In this document: in pieces, positions 41,495 to 50,526 of the stretch
How positions within the stretch are numbered: the first letter of the stretch is position 1
Layout: every line of letters starts with the position of its first letter
Source: a virus
Taxonomy: Duplodnaviria; Caudoviricetes
Length of the DNA stretch: 64,000 nucleotides
IMG/VR virus record: IMGVR_UViG_3300021254_000021
Span: 64,001 to 128,000 of that record
Reading direction: 5' to 3' (one strand)
Made by a program: the position numbers and the translations under genes
The notes under the pieces: model-generated
Databases searched by the model: none
Seen by the model: only the letters and a program-made list of their open reading frames with translations
Told to the model about the DNA's origin: nothing

Positions 41495-42864
41495 CAATAC
41501 CAGAGAATATTGTTCCTAGCCCAAAGGATGTCGGTACATTATTAGGTATATCAAAACTCTTTAATATAAATGATGATCCTTATAATAAGAAACTTACTAT
41601 GCTTTATAAGCAAGTAGGGAAAATGAGGGACATCTTTATCAAAGGCCCTAGTAAATCTGTTAAGAATATTCTTACTATGGATGAGAGTTGGGGCGAGCCT
41701 TTTGAAAAGACTAAAAGTAAGCTGATTGATAAAGGTGTCTATGCCTTTGTTACTAAGGCAGACGGTGAAGGAGCAACTATATGGGGTTTAATTCCAGATG
41801 ATTCTTTTTTAGGTGATAATGAGGCTAAAACACATTCTACTAAGAAAGTAAAGTTAGAGGATGATGGTGATGTCTCACAGCTTAATAAAGAAGCAGATAG
41901 AGAGTTAGCTGATAAGAATGCAGAGACAAATAAAACTAAAAACGATAAAGACAAAGAGGATGATGCGAAAGATGATGCAAGTAGAGAAGATCAATCTTCC
42001 TCTTTAGGGAAACTTACTAAGTTTAATAATACCGTTAAGGGAGATATTAAAGGCCGTCGATGGATGACCGCCTTTAATAATGCACAGAAAGAAATGCCTG
42101 TTGGTGAGAATGGACAGAAAGGAGCGCCTTTTGCCATAGCTTTTGTAGCCAGTTATACCGAGAACTCTATACCTTGGTTTGGTAAAGTAGCTTGGGGTGT
42201 AGCTGTAAAGAATGATGTTATCTCTTTAACACAGATTCCTTTAATGTTACAGGGTAATAAAGATCAATACTTTGTTTGGTCTTTCGTTGCTAAGATTCCT
42301 ATTACTGATTCAGAATTAACTGGTAAATTTGGTAAAGGTGGCGGGGAGTCTAATTATTCTAATTTTAAGAAACTCCGTGACTACCTTAATAAAGAATGTG
42401 AGCCATTAAATGAAAGGGGGGAATACTCTTTTGCTAAAGGTGGTGAGAAAACAACTCAGAGTCCAGATAAGAGTAAGTCTAGACCTGATGAGAAAGGTAA
42501 AGAGGACAGTAAAAACAAGACTGACACACAGAATAAGACTGATAATAAATCGGAAACAAACACTCAATCTAAAACAGACCCTTTACATGCCGCACAACAG
42601 AAATTAAATCAAACCAATACTCAATCAATCAACGACAGCTACATTCACTCTGTTACAGAGTCTATAGAAATAGCTCAATCCTTCTTAATGGATGAAACAT
42701 ATAGGATGTATGAATATAGTGGTTTTGGTAGAAGTAGTGACGACGATGACGGTAAAGCAGATGTTGGATCCGATAGAGCTACATTCCCGTCTGGATCTCC
42801 ATACTTAAATAAGATTAAGAACTCTGGGTATAATGAAGTGCCAATGTTAGGCCCCCTTTATTAA
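41491..42864 (+). CDS. Hypothetical protein with low-complexity linkers
   Basis: GGAG RBS before ATG 41491; followed by a terminator. Confidence 0.6.
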   Translation: MTIPENIVPSPKDVGTLLGISKLFNINDDPYNKKLTMLYKQVGKMRDIFIKGPSKSVKNILTMDESWGEPFEKTKSKLIDKGVYAFVTKADGEGATIWGLIPDDSFLGDNEAKTHSTKKVKLEDDGDVSQLNKEADRELADKNAETNKTKNDKDKEDDAKDDASREDQSSSLGKLTKFNNTVKGDIKGRRWMTAFNNAQKEMPVGENGQKGAPFAIAFVASYTENSIPWFGKVAWGVAVKNDVISLTQIPLMLQGNKDQYFVWSFVAKIPITDSELTGKFGKGGGESNYSNFKKLRDYLNKECEPLNERGEYSFAKGGEKTTQSPDKSKSRPDEKGKEDSKNKTDTQNKTDNKSETNTQSKTDPLHAAQQKLNQTNTQSINDSYIHSVTESIEIAQSFLMDETYRMYEYSGFGRSSDDDDGKADVGSDRATFPSGSPYLNKIKNSGYNEVPMLGPLY

Positions 42865-42871
42865 GGATGTT

Positions 42872-42901
42872 AAGCTCCTCTTAATGAGGGGCTTTTCTTT
42901 T
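42872..42901 (+). terminator. Intrinsic terminator
   Basis: AAGCTCCTC-ttaat-GAGGGGCTT-ttctttt. Confidence 0.7.
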
Positions 42902-43076
42902 GCCTTAAAAAATAAAAGACTGTAAAGGTATTATGGTATAACCTTTTTAGGGGAGGTTAAATACTAGTATCATATTTATTAATATTTGTTAAATATTTTT
43001 AACTTTTTATACTTGATTTTTGTATAAAAAGTGAGTAAATTCTCTAATCAAGGAGGCGGCTTATGCCGATAGTCTT

Positions 43077-43670
43077 ATGTACTTACCTAGTCGTAAGGCT
43101 TGCCTTGAGTTGGGAGTCCATGCTAACACGCTGAGGAGATGGGCAGATGAAGGGAAAATTCGATACATCAGAACAGCAGGTGGTAAACGCCTCTATGACT
43201 GTTCCAGCGTCGAAGAAAATAGTAGCACGAAAAAGAACTACTGCTACTGTCGTGTCTCCTCGTCAAAGCAAAAAGACGACCTTGAAAGACAAGTCAGTTT
43301 TATGCAGTCAAGATACCCAGACTATACCATTCTCAAAGATGTTGGGTCTGGACTCAATTTCAAACGAAAGCAACTTATCTTCCTGCTTGAAGAATGTGCA
43401 ATGGGAAGAGTCGGAGAAGTTGTCGTTGCCTACAGAGACAGACTTTGTAGATTTGGATTTGAATTGCTTGAGTGGTTCTTCTCTAAAAACTCTGTTAAAC
43501 TCGTGGTTCTCGAACAACAAGAATTATCGCCTCAACAGGAGCTTGTTGCAGACTTGCTTTCCGTTATCACAGTGTTTTCATGTAGAGTTCACGGACTCAG
43601 AAAATACCGTACAGCGGTCAAGGAAGATAAGAGTTTATCCAAACAAGGAACAGAAGCAGATTTTGAATAA
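43077..43670 (+). CDS. tnpA: IS607 transposase (MerR-type HTH + serine recombinase)
   Basis: LGVHANTLRRW...GKRLY; YCRVSS..QKDDLERQ; DVGSGLNFKR; DRLCRFGFE. Confidence 0.95.
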   Translation: MYLPSRKACLELGVHANTLRRWADEGKIRYIRTAGGKRLYDCSSVEENSSTKKNYCYCRVSSSKQKDDLERQVSFMQSRYPDYTILKDVGSGLNFKRKQLIFLLEECAMGRVGEVVVAYRDRLCRFGFELLEWFFSKNSVKLVVLEQQELSPQQELVADLLSVITVFSCRVHGLRKYRTAVKEDKSLSKQGTEADFE

Positions 43671-44703
43671 TTGGTTTGGTGCTTCTAGGTTTGCTTATAA
43701 TAAAGCTGTAGCTTTTTTAAAGCAACCTAATACGAAAGCACAGTGGAAATCTATTAAGACTCCATTGTTGCATGAAATGCCTGAATGGTCAAAAGAAGTT
43801 CCTTATCAGATTAAATCTGTAGCAATTCGTGATTGTTGTCATGCTGTGTCTAATGCAAAAAAGAAATTCAAGCAGACTGGTAAATTTAACGAAGTCAGGT
43901 TTCGATCAAAGAAGCGCGGTGATAATAATTTATTTATCCCACAAAGTGCAGTTTCAAAGGATGGTGTTTATTACACTATCCTAGGTAAACTTAAGACGGC
44001 AGAACCTTTGTGGAAACCTAATCATGACTGCCGTATGTTTTTAGAGAATGGGCGTTATTTCGTCTCTATACCAAAAGATATTTTTGTAAAAAGACCTGAA
44101 AACCAAAGGCTTTCTGCATGTGCATTGGATTGTGGTGTTAGAACGTTCCAAACCGTTTTTTCTAAAGAACTTATTTTAAAAGTAGGCGAGCATGATTTCC
44201 AACGAATCTTTCGTTATTGCTATGCTTTAGACAAATTGGTTTCTCGAAAAAAGAAAGAGAAATCAAACAAGTTTAATAAAGCAATGCATAGAATCCGTTG
44301 GAGAGTCCATGATCTTATCGACGAAATCCATAATAAGCTAGCTTTAACGTTGTGTCGAATGTTTGATGTGATTTACATACCAATATTTGAGACACGGTAC
44401 ATGGTTTCAAAGTTGAAGCATAAGACATCCAGAGCAATGCTTGGGTGGGCACATTATCGCTTTAAAAAGAAACTTAAGTCTAAAGCAGAGGAGTATTCTT
44501 GTAAAGTTATTGATTGTACAGAAGAGTACACGTCAAAGACTTGTGGGAATTGTGGAGAGATAAGTTCGATTGGTGGAAAAGAAGTTTGGACGTGCAAACA
44601 CTGTGGTTGTGTACATGACAGAGATATAAACGGAGCAAGGAATATTCTGTTAAAGCAGTTATTTCTTGCGCTGAGAGATCCCTCCACACCTTGTTTGGTG
44701 TGA
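43147..44703 (+). CDS. tnpB: IS607 TnpB, rearranged-RuvC (pro-Fanzor-like) type
   Basis: KIRVYPNKEQ HTH; ALDCGVRTF; VIYIP (Pro at the canonical Glu position); EEYTSKTC; HDRDINGARNI. Start uncertain. Confidence 0.9.
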   Translation: MKGKFDTSEQQVVNASMTVPASKKIVARKRTTATVVSPRQSKKTTLKDKSVLCSQDTQTIPFSKMLGLDSISNESNLSSCLKNVQWEESEKLSLPTETDFVDLDLNCLSGSSLKTLLNSWFSNNKNYRLNRSLLQTCFPLSQCFHVEFTDSENTVQRSRKIRVYPNKEQKQILNNWFGASRFAYNKAVAFLKQPNTKAQWKSIKTPLLHEMPEWSKEVPYQIKSVAIRDCCHAVSNAKKKFKQTGKFNEVRFRSKKRGDNNLFIPQSAVSKDGVYYTILGKLKTAEPLWKPNHDCRMFLENGRYFVSIPKDIFVKRPENQRLSACALDCGVRTFQTVFSKELILKVGEHDFQRIFRYCYALDKLVSRKKKEKSNKFNKAMHRIRWRVHDLIDEIHNKLALTLCRMFDVIYIPIFETRYMVSKLKHKTSRAMLGWAHYRFKKKLKSKAEEYSCKVIDCTEEYTSKTCGNCGEISSIGGKEVWTCKHCGCVHDRDINGARNILLKQLFLALRDPSTPCLV

Positions 44704-44753
44704 TTTAATAGTAGCTATTAGTAATAATAGTGAATAAAAATGGATCGGCTTTT

Positions 44754-45293
44754 ATGGATAAAGAGAATGAGTTAAGTATACAGGATAAGAGACTTGTGAT
44801 GCGTATGGCTGATTTATGGCCTTTACAGGATAAACTGGTAAAGGAGATACCACAGATAAATGCCATCCCCGAGTTTTCCAAAGTAACCACCTTTATTACA
44901 CAAAGACCAATCTTACGGGAAGTAGCATTCTATTACCTGTACCATAATAAGGTTATAGATTATGTTAAGGTGTTTACGGCTGAGAATATTAAAGACATTT
45001 ATTTCCATGAGCATCCTGATTATAACTCCTTTTATGAAGTAGGTGTACCTATTGTGGTTATTCTGTTAGGTACGGAGATGTATAATCAGCAGATGATTAC
45101 GATCCTTAATTTGTTTTCAGACAACTTTCTGTCTAATGCAAATGCTAAAGCCTTAATCTTTTGCTTTGAAGGCAGTATGCAGGAATTTAAGAATAAATAT
45201 AAGAATGTCCAAGAAAGAGGCATTCTTAATACAGGTAAAACCTTTTCTTTAACCAAGACTTCTTTAAAGTCTAAGGACAAATTTGAAATGTAG
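44754..45293 (+). CDS. Hypothetical protein
   Basis: ATG 44754; original RBS displaced by the IS607 insertion. Confidence 0.6.
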   Translation: MDKENELSIQDKRLVMRMADLWPLQDKLVKEIPQINAIPEFSKVTTFITQRPILREVAFYYLYHNKVIDYVKVFTAENIKDIYFHEHPDYNSFYEVGVPIVVILLGTEMYNQQMITILNLFSDNFLSNANAKALIFCFEGSMQEFKNKYKNVQERGILNTGKTFSLTKTSLKSKDKFEM

Positions 45294-45301
45294 GAGAAAG
45301 T

Positions 45302-46273
45302 ATGAACAGAATTAACTTTTTAGAAAACAGGGATTTCCTTATTCACTCTACGGCAAGACCTTATGTAGTAGAGCCAGACCATTTGGTTAATCTTGAAATT
45401 ATGCAGGATATGACCATGCTTGTTACTACACAGCGCCAAGAAATCTTTGTTAAAGAGACACCCTTTAAATCCTCTGTTTTACCTATATTGGGGATTACTG
45501 GTTTATTAAAGAAAAAGATGATTGATGGAGAGTCCGCTACTTTAACAGACTCTTTATTAGATTTAATCACACCCATAATGAAGCAGAATATTCAGTCCTT
45601 CATTTTCTTTTTGGACACGGACGAAAAAGAGGCAATCGCTGTCTTTGTTACACCCGTCTTTGATAAGCTCGAACCAGTAACCTTACATAATGGTTATAGT
45701 AATCTTAAACAGTTTTTATGCACTTCATATTTCCCAGTAGAGGAAGATAAAGATTATCATGTTATAGACTTTAACCATGAGCCTAAAGATAAAATCTTTA
45801 AATTAAACTTGGCTCATAAAGATGATCAAACAAAAGAATTTTATCCTATTATTCATAATAATGCACCGATAGCATGGAAAGAGAATTGGGATCAGCGTGC
45901 GTCTATTTATGACAGGGAAAGAGATTTATACATGACCTTACCTAGAAACTATGGTAAGGGTGGGTATAAGGTAGTGGATAAGATTATTCAGCATATAGAC
46001 CACATGATTTCTAAACTGGATATTACACAAGATTACGACAAAGAGTTTAATGAAATGCTAATGGCCAAGTTACCCAATAAGGGTATTGAATATATGATGG
46101 AAGCCTCTTTTGAGGATCATAAATTAGTAACCATCTTAGATAAAATATCATCATCTAAAGAGGATTTAAAGCCATCCGTCGTTCATGCGTTATATAAATG
46201 TTTAGGGTACATGGTAGCTCAAAAATTACATTGCTGTCCTGAATGCAGACATCTCGACGAGGAAACACTTTAA
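45302..46273 (+). CDS. Hypothetical protein
   Basis: 323 aa; AGGAG RBS. Confidence 0.6.
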   Translation: MNRINFLENRDFLIHSTARPYVVEPDHLVNLEIMQDMTMLVTTQRQEIFVKETPFKSSVLPILGITGLLKKKMIDGESATLTDSLLDLITPIMKQNIQSFIFFLDTDEKEAIAVFVTPVFDKLEPVTLHNGYSNLKQFLCTSYFPVEEDKDYHVIDFNHEPKDKIFKLNLAHKDDQTKEFYPIIHNNAPIAWKENWDQRASIYDRERDLYMTLPRNYGKGGYKVVDKIIQHIDHMISKLDITQDYDKEFNEMLMAKLPNKGIEYMMEASFEDHKLVTILDKISSSKEDLKPSVVHALYKCLGYMVAQKLHCCPECRHLDEETL

Positions 46274-46363
46274 AATAATCATAGAGTTATCAATCTCTTA
46301 GCCGTATATACCCCTGTCTGACCCACAGGGGTTTTCTTTTCTGCACAGGAGTGGAATATTGTT

Positions 46364-47800
46364 ATGCTGACAATAGTAAAGTCTATATTATCCTCTACTG
46401 AAGAAAGTAAAGCACTCATTATTTCTTCTATCTTAGAAGAAGCAAGTAAAGATTTAAATCCTCAAGAATTAAAAGTCTTTCAATTCCTTAAACAGGGATA
46501 TGATACATTCTCTCAATTCCAAACTGAGGAATTATTTTTACAGCAGTTCCCAGAATATAGAGCTTCACTTAAAGATATAGCACCCTTAGAGCAGGAATCC
46601 TTAGATTATTATAAAAGAGAGTTTATAGAGAAGCATAAAAGAATTACCCTCTCTAAGAAACTACTTACTATGGCAACTACCATACAACAATCTGGTTTAA
46701 CACCAGATATGGTAGAGTCTCTAAGAGGGGAAGTAAATAATACACAGGAAAACTTCTCTTTGCAGACCTCTAACGTTTTGGACATCTATGATGAGTCTAA
46801 GAAAAAGGGGAACTGTGGAATAAAGACGTATATTCCAGAGATAGACCAATTAGTCGGAACAATAGAGCCCGGCACACTCACCACAATTGTTGGGTATAAT
46901 AAACACGGTAAAACAACGTTTGCTTTAAACATGGCTTATAAAGCCGCTAAAGAAGGAAAGCACGTTGTTTACATTTCCCTTGAGGTGGCAGAGAAGTTTC
47001 TGCTTTATGATTTAATCTCTTTGCATTCTACGGATATGCGATTTGGTATTGACCCGATACCTAGTGATGCAATCCGTTTACTTAATTTAAGTGAACAGCA
47101 GGAAGCAAACTTTAAGAGAGTGGCAGAAGATTTTAACCAGACTATTCGACCAAACTTTGTTATCCTGACAGAAAGGAACTTTAAGGATTTTTCTTACGGG
47201 GAGATTCGAGATGTTCTGTACAGGGTAGATGAGAAAAGAAAGATTGATGCTGTATTTGTGGATCAAGCCAGTTTATTTAAGTTTTACGCTAAAGGGAATA
47301 CAAATAATCTCTATGACGTAATAAATGACTATGTTTCTTTTTTCAGAAAACTTGCTATTTGCTTTAAGGTAGAGAACGGTGTAGATAGACAGATGATTAT
47401 TGTTTTGCTTGCTCAATGCAATAGATCTGGATTTATTAAGGCTCAACAGGCAGGAAAGAAAGATCCCGCTATGGAAGGGAAGTATGATGATACCGCCGTA
47501 GCAGAAGCGAATGAGCTTACTCGTTCTTGCTCTTATCTTTTAACTGTGTATTCCACAGAAGGTATGAGATTATCACATGAAGCTCGTGTTCAGCTACTTA
47601 GAAGCAGATTTGGTCAAACACATGAAGACCCAATTACGGTCAACTTTAATCCAGAGTTTAAACAGTTCGGGGAGATGGAAGATTTAAACCAAACCTCTGT
47701 AAACAACTATTCTTCTGTTTCCTCTTTTGGTTCATTCGTGGACATTAATCCGTCTGACTTAGGATTTAATTTGGGTTCAGTGAATTTAGATGATTTGTAG
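46364..47800 (+). CDS. dnaB: DnaB-like replicative helicase
   Basis: IPEIDQLVG...GYNKHGKTT (Walker A), YISLEV, AVFVD (Walker B), LAQCNR, LRSRFG. Confidence 0.85.
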   Translation: MLTIVKSILSSTEESKALIISSILEEASKDLNPQELKVFQFLKQGYDTFSQFQTEELFLQQFPEYRASLKDIAPLEQESLDYYKREFIEKHKRITLSKKLLTMATTIQQSGLTPDMVESLRGEVNNTQENFSLQTSNVLDIYDESKKKGNCGIKTYIPEIDQLVGTIEPGTLTTIVGYNKHGKTTFALNMAYKAAKEGKHVVYISLEVAEKFLLYDLISLHSTDMRFGIDPIPSDAIRLLNLSEQQEANFKRVAEDFNQTIRPNFVILTERNFKDFSYGEIRDVLYRVDEKRKIDAVFVDQASLFKFYAKGNTNNLYDVINDYVSFFRKLAICFKVENGVDRQMIIVLLAQCNRSGFIKAQQAGKKDPAMEGKYDDTAVAEANELTRSCSYLLTVYSTEGMRLSHEARVQLLRSRFGQTHEDPITVNFNPEFKQFGEMEDLNQTSVNNYSSVSSFGSFVDINPSDLGFNLGSVNLDDL

Positions 47801-47928
47801 TTCTCTAGACCTTTAGCAGTACTGTTGGTTTTAGTGCCCGATGCGGGTTATTCGGTATACCAGTTAAATTAACTTTCTTTGTCGAGGTATGTCACTTAAA
47901 TGAAATGATCTTTCAAAAGACTTGTGGT

Positions 47929-47975
47929 AAAAGAACCTCATTGGCGGGATTACCCATCCAATGAGGTTCTTTTTT
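47929..47975 (+). terminator. 16-bp perfect inverted repeat (terminator and/or IS left-end hairpin)
   Basis: AAAAGAACCTCATTGG...CCAATGAGGTTCTTTT. Confidence 0.65.
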
Positions 47976-48055
47976 AAGTACACTACTAACTGTACAGATT
48001 TCTTTGACCAAAAAGTGATCCACAAGCTCACATGGCTGTATCCCGTGGGTAGTTC

Positions 48056-48136
48056 AATAGGGGATGAATTTAAACACTCAAATCCCCTCACACCAATTTT
48101 ACAAAAATCTTTAACCAACTTTTACGGAGACAGACT
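48056..48136 (+). repeat. Intergenic hairpin-repeat element, copy 1
   Basis: AGGGGAT...ATCCCCT-CACACCAATTTTACAAAAATCTTTAACCAACTTT-RBS. Confidence 0.9.
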
Positions 48137-48361
48137 ATGAAGTGCTTAATTAAGGATATGTACGAAAAAGATTCAAATGGCCTTCCTTTGATCATAGCGG
48201 AAACCAATTCTTTAAAGGAAGCGAGACTCTGGATAGAGGAGAATCGTCGGGGGTGGAAAAATTCTTGTTACGTTGTTTATGGCCGTAACTTTAAAAAGAT
48301 GGCCAAGTTTTCCCAACATTTTCGAGACTCCAAGGGTAACATGAAATGGCTGTATGACTAG
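48137..48361 (+). CDS. Hypothetical protein
   Basis: GGAG RBS supplied by repeat copy 1. Confidence 0.7.
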   Translation: MKCLIKDMYEKDSNGLPLIIAETNSLKEARLWIEENRRGWKNSCYVVYGRNFKKMAKFSQHFRDSKGNMKWLYD

Positions 48362-48367
48362 TCACCA

Positions 48368-48448
48368 TTAAGGGGATAGAGTTAAATACTTAAATCCCCT
48401 GACGCCAATTTTACAAAAATATTTAACCAACTTTAAAGGAGAGACATC
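48368..48448 (+). repeat. Intergenic hairpin-repeat element, copy 2
   Basis: AGGGGAT...ATCCCCT-GACGCCAATTTTACAAAAATATTTAACCAACTTT-AAGGAG. Confidence 0.9.
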
Positions 48449-49717
48449 ATGGCCAATTACACAATCCTCACTAGCATGGTTAATGACTTCAGCAAAAAGA
48501 TCAATCACATTGCCAATAAGTGCTACAAACAGGGTATCCCTTACACCTTCCTTATGAGCGATCCCTATGACAAAGTGGTTGAAGATCATGAGGGTAACAG
48601 CTTTGTCATTAGTGTTACGGACATTGAATTGGACATTCAGTTCAAATTTAACGGTTGGAAAGCTCTTGGTTTGATTCAGAGAAAAGATGGGATTACACAG
48701 TGCTATCTTAAAACACAGGAGTTGATTCAGCAGTATGGAAACACCGATTTTCATTGTGATCATTGCCACAAGCATGTACATCGTAATTCTGTCATTGTCC
48801 TTGAGCATGACAATGGCGAGCGTAAAGTAGTGGGAACATCTTGTGTTAAAGAGTTCACGTGTGGTTTGGACGGAAACCTGATTGCTCAGTTTAATGAATT
48901 TGAGGTTATTTTAGCCAAACGTAATAGCGAATTGCAGATTCTTTTGCAGGGCGAATCTCTGGATGATCTCCCTGTGAGTGTTTTCTGTGAGCAGAATGGT
49001 AGTCCCATTTATAATGTAGAGAGGGTTGTTTCCAGTGCCGTCCGTATAATCAATGCTTATGGTTTTGAACCTTCAAATAGTCTTAATGCTACATGGAAAT
49101 ACATCCATGATACTTATAAAGAGACACATGAGAGTGAGCCTGAAGCTGTTAGGGCTATTGAGTGGATTAAGTCTCTGTCTAATGACGACTTCACAAAGTC
49201 CTCTTACCTGTTCAATCTTAGACAGATTATTGATGCTGATTATTGCACACCCCGTCATTTCGGTTTGTTGGCGTCTTTAATCCCTTCGTTCCGTAAAGAG
49301 GAAGCTAAGAGATTGCAGGCTGAACGTGCTTCTGTTAGTAACCATGTTGGTAACATTGGTGACAGACTTTCTCTCACACTCACTTATACCAAGTCCATCT
49401 CTTATGATTCCCAGTTTGGTGGTGGTTATTTCCACTTTTTCTCTGATGCTGATGGCAATGTGTTTAAGTGGTCAACGAATAAAGGTATGTGTTTCCGTAT
49501 GAATAACCGTACATACAGTCTTGAACAAGGTGCTACGGTTAAGCTGACAGGAACGATTAAAGACCATGATGATTACCGTGGTATGAAACAGACTATAATC
49601 ACTCGTTGCAAGTATGAAGTGCTTACTTCGACGGTTCGTGATGATGCTGAACAAGAGACATCTGACAATAATTCCAGTAGTACAGACCTAGATTCTTTGA
49701 TGCTTTATTGGGCATAA
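48449..49717 (+). CDS. Phage protein with zinc finger and C-terminal OB-fold-like domain
   Basis: CDHC...R...VGTSC; HVGNIGDR...G....F.D..GN.FKW...LTGTIKDH..YRG.KQT.ITRC. Confidence 0.7.
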   Translation: MANYTILTSMVNDFSKKINHIANKCYKQGIPYTFLMSDPYDKVVEDHEGNSFVISVTDIELDIQFKFNGWKALGLIQRKDGITQCYLKTQELIQQYGNTDFHCDHCHKHVHRNSVIVLEHDNGERKVVGTSCVKEFTCGLDGNLIAQFNEFEVILAKRNSELQILLQGESLDDLPVSVFCEQNGSPIYNVERVVSSAVRIINAYGFEPSNSLNATWKYIHDTYKETHESEPEAVRAIEWIKSLSNDDFTKSSYLFNLRQIIDADYCTPRHFGLLASLIPSFRKEEAKRLQAERASVSNHVGNIGDRLSLTLTYTKSISYDSQFGGGYFHFFSDADGNVFKWSTNKGMCFRMNNRTYSLEQGATVKLTGTIKDHDDYRGMKQTIITRCKYEVLTSTVRDDAEQETSDNNSSSTDLDSLMLYWA

Positions 49718-49808
49718 CCCTAATAGGGATTAGAGTTAAATACTTTAATCCCTCACACCAACTTTACAAAAATCTTTCCCTAATGGGGGATGTTTCGGAG
49801 ACTGAATT
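49718..49808 (+). repeat. Intergenic hairpin-repeat element, copy 3
   Basis: AGGGATTA...TAATCCCT-CACACCAACTTTACAAAAATCTTT. Confidence 0.9.
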
Positions 49809-50105
49809 ATGGAACACAACACAAATTATTATGGTGGCGAGATTATTAACCTTATCCATAGCACTCTTGGTCATTCCTACTCTATGAATAGAGGGTGGAC
49901 ATACATTTGGGTTATTGGTGATAAAATAGTGTTTTGTGACTTGAAAGAGAATAATTATGGTGGATGTTTAGAGGTGCATGAGGATGGCCAGTTTAAAGAC
50001 CAGTTTGACTACAATGGGATTTTGGTTGAGGGTGATACCGATTTCACTTTTCCAGAATCACAGAAACAAAGGATTGTGTCTTTCTTAAATCGGTATAAAG
50101 GTTAA
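49809..50105 (+). CDS. Hypothetical protein
   Basis: GGAG RBS; flanked by repeat copies 3 and 4. Confidence 0.7.
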   Translation: MEHNTNYYGGEIINLIHSTLGHSYSMNRGWTYIWVIGDKIVFCDLKENNYGGCLEVHEDGQFKDQFDYNGILVEGDTDFTFPESQKQRIVSFLNRYKG

Positions 50106-50106
50106 A

Positions 50107-50192
50107 CCTAATAGGGGATGAAAAACTTAAATCAAATCCCCTGAGACCAATTTTACAAAAATATTTGACCAACTTTTAGAGGAGACTGTGTT
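50107..50192 (+). repeat. Intergenic hairpin-repeat element, copy 4
   Basis: AGGGGAT...ATCCCCT-GAGACCAATTTTACAAAAATATTTGACCAACTTT-GAGGAG. Confidence 0.9.
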
Positions 50193-50516
50193 ATGGCATA
50201 CATTGAAGATCTTTATGATTGGGTTTGTGAGGCACGTAAACAAATAGAGCAAAGGTTCTCCACCAGTTGTTTGCATGTTAGAAACTTGGATATTTCATCT
50301 AATGATTTTTATGTGCTTTCTTTTGTGGACTCCTCTTACATTTATAAGGTGGAAATATTGGCACAGCCTTTTGTTCCATCTTTGGGAGATCCCATAGATG
50401 AGATTAGATCTATTTATATTACTCGTATTGATATGGATAATGAAACCTTCGATAAGGTAGTGTTTGATAATTGGGAGACTTCCATTGAGGATGCTCTCAA
50501 TTACTTAGCCTCTTAG
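50193..50516 (+). CDS. Hypothetical acidic protein
   Basis: GAGGAG RBS. Confidence 0.7.
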   Translation: MAYIEDLYDWVCEARKQIEQRFSTSCLHVRNLDISSNDFYVLSFVDSSYIYKVEILAQPFVPSLGDPIDEIRSIYITRIDMDNETFDKVVFDNWETSIEDALNYLAS

Positions 50517-50526
50517 GGGGTGTGCT

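Larger units (their letters stand above)
42957..44748 (+). mobile_element. IS607-family element (tnpA + tnpB)
   Basis: Serine-recombinase TnpA plus TnpB. GG junctions at 42955-56 and 44747-48; excision restores GGAGG-ctttt-ATG for the 44754 gene. Confidence 0.85.

Noticed and set aside
44730-44753. GTG start of track ORF 44730..45293
   Set aside because: Lies inside the inferred IS607 right end; ATG 44754 fits the reconstructed RBS.
47801-47928. tRNA or other known RNA gene in GC-richer intergenic DNA
   Set aside because: No cloverleaf or T-loop GTTCRA consensus found here or in the other gaps inspected.
48099-48130. TTTACA in the repeats as a sigma70 -35 box
   Set aside because: The hexamer 17 nt downstream (TTTACG, TTAAAG, etc.) is not TATAAT-like and abuts the RBS.
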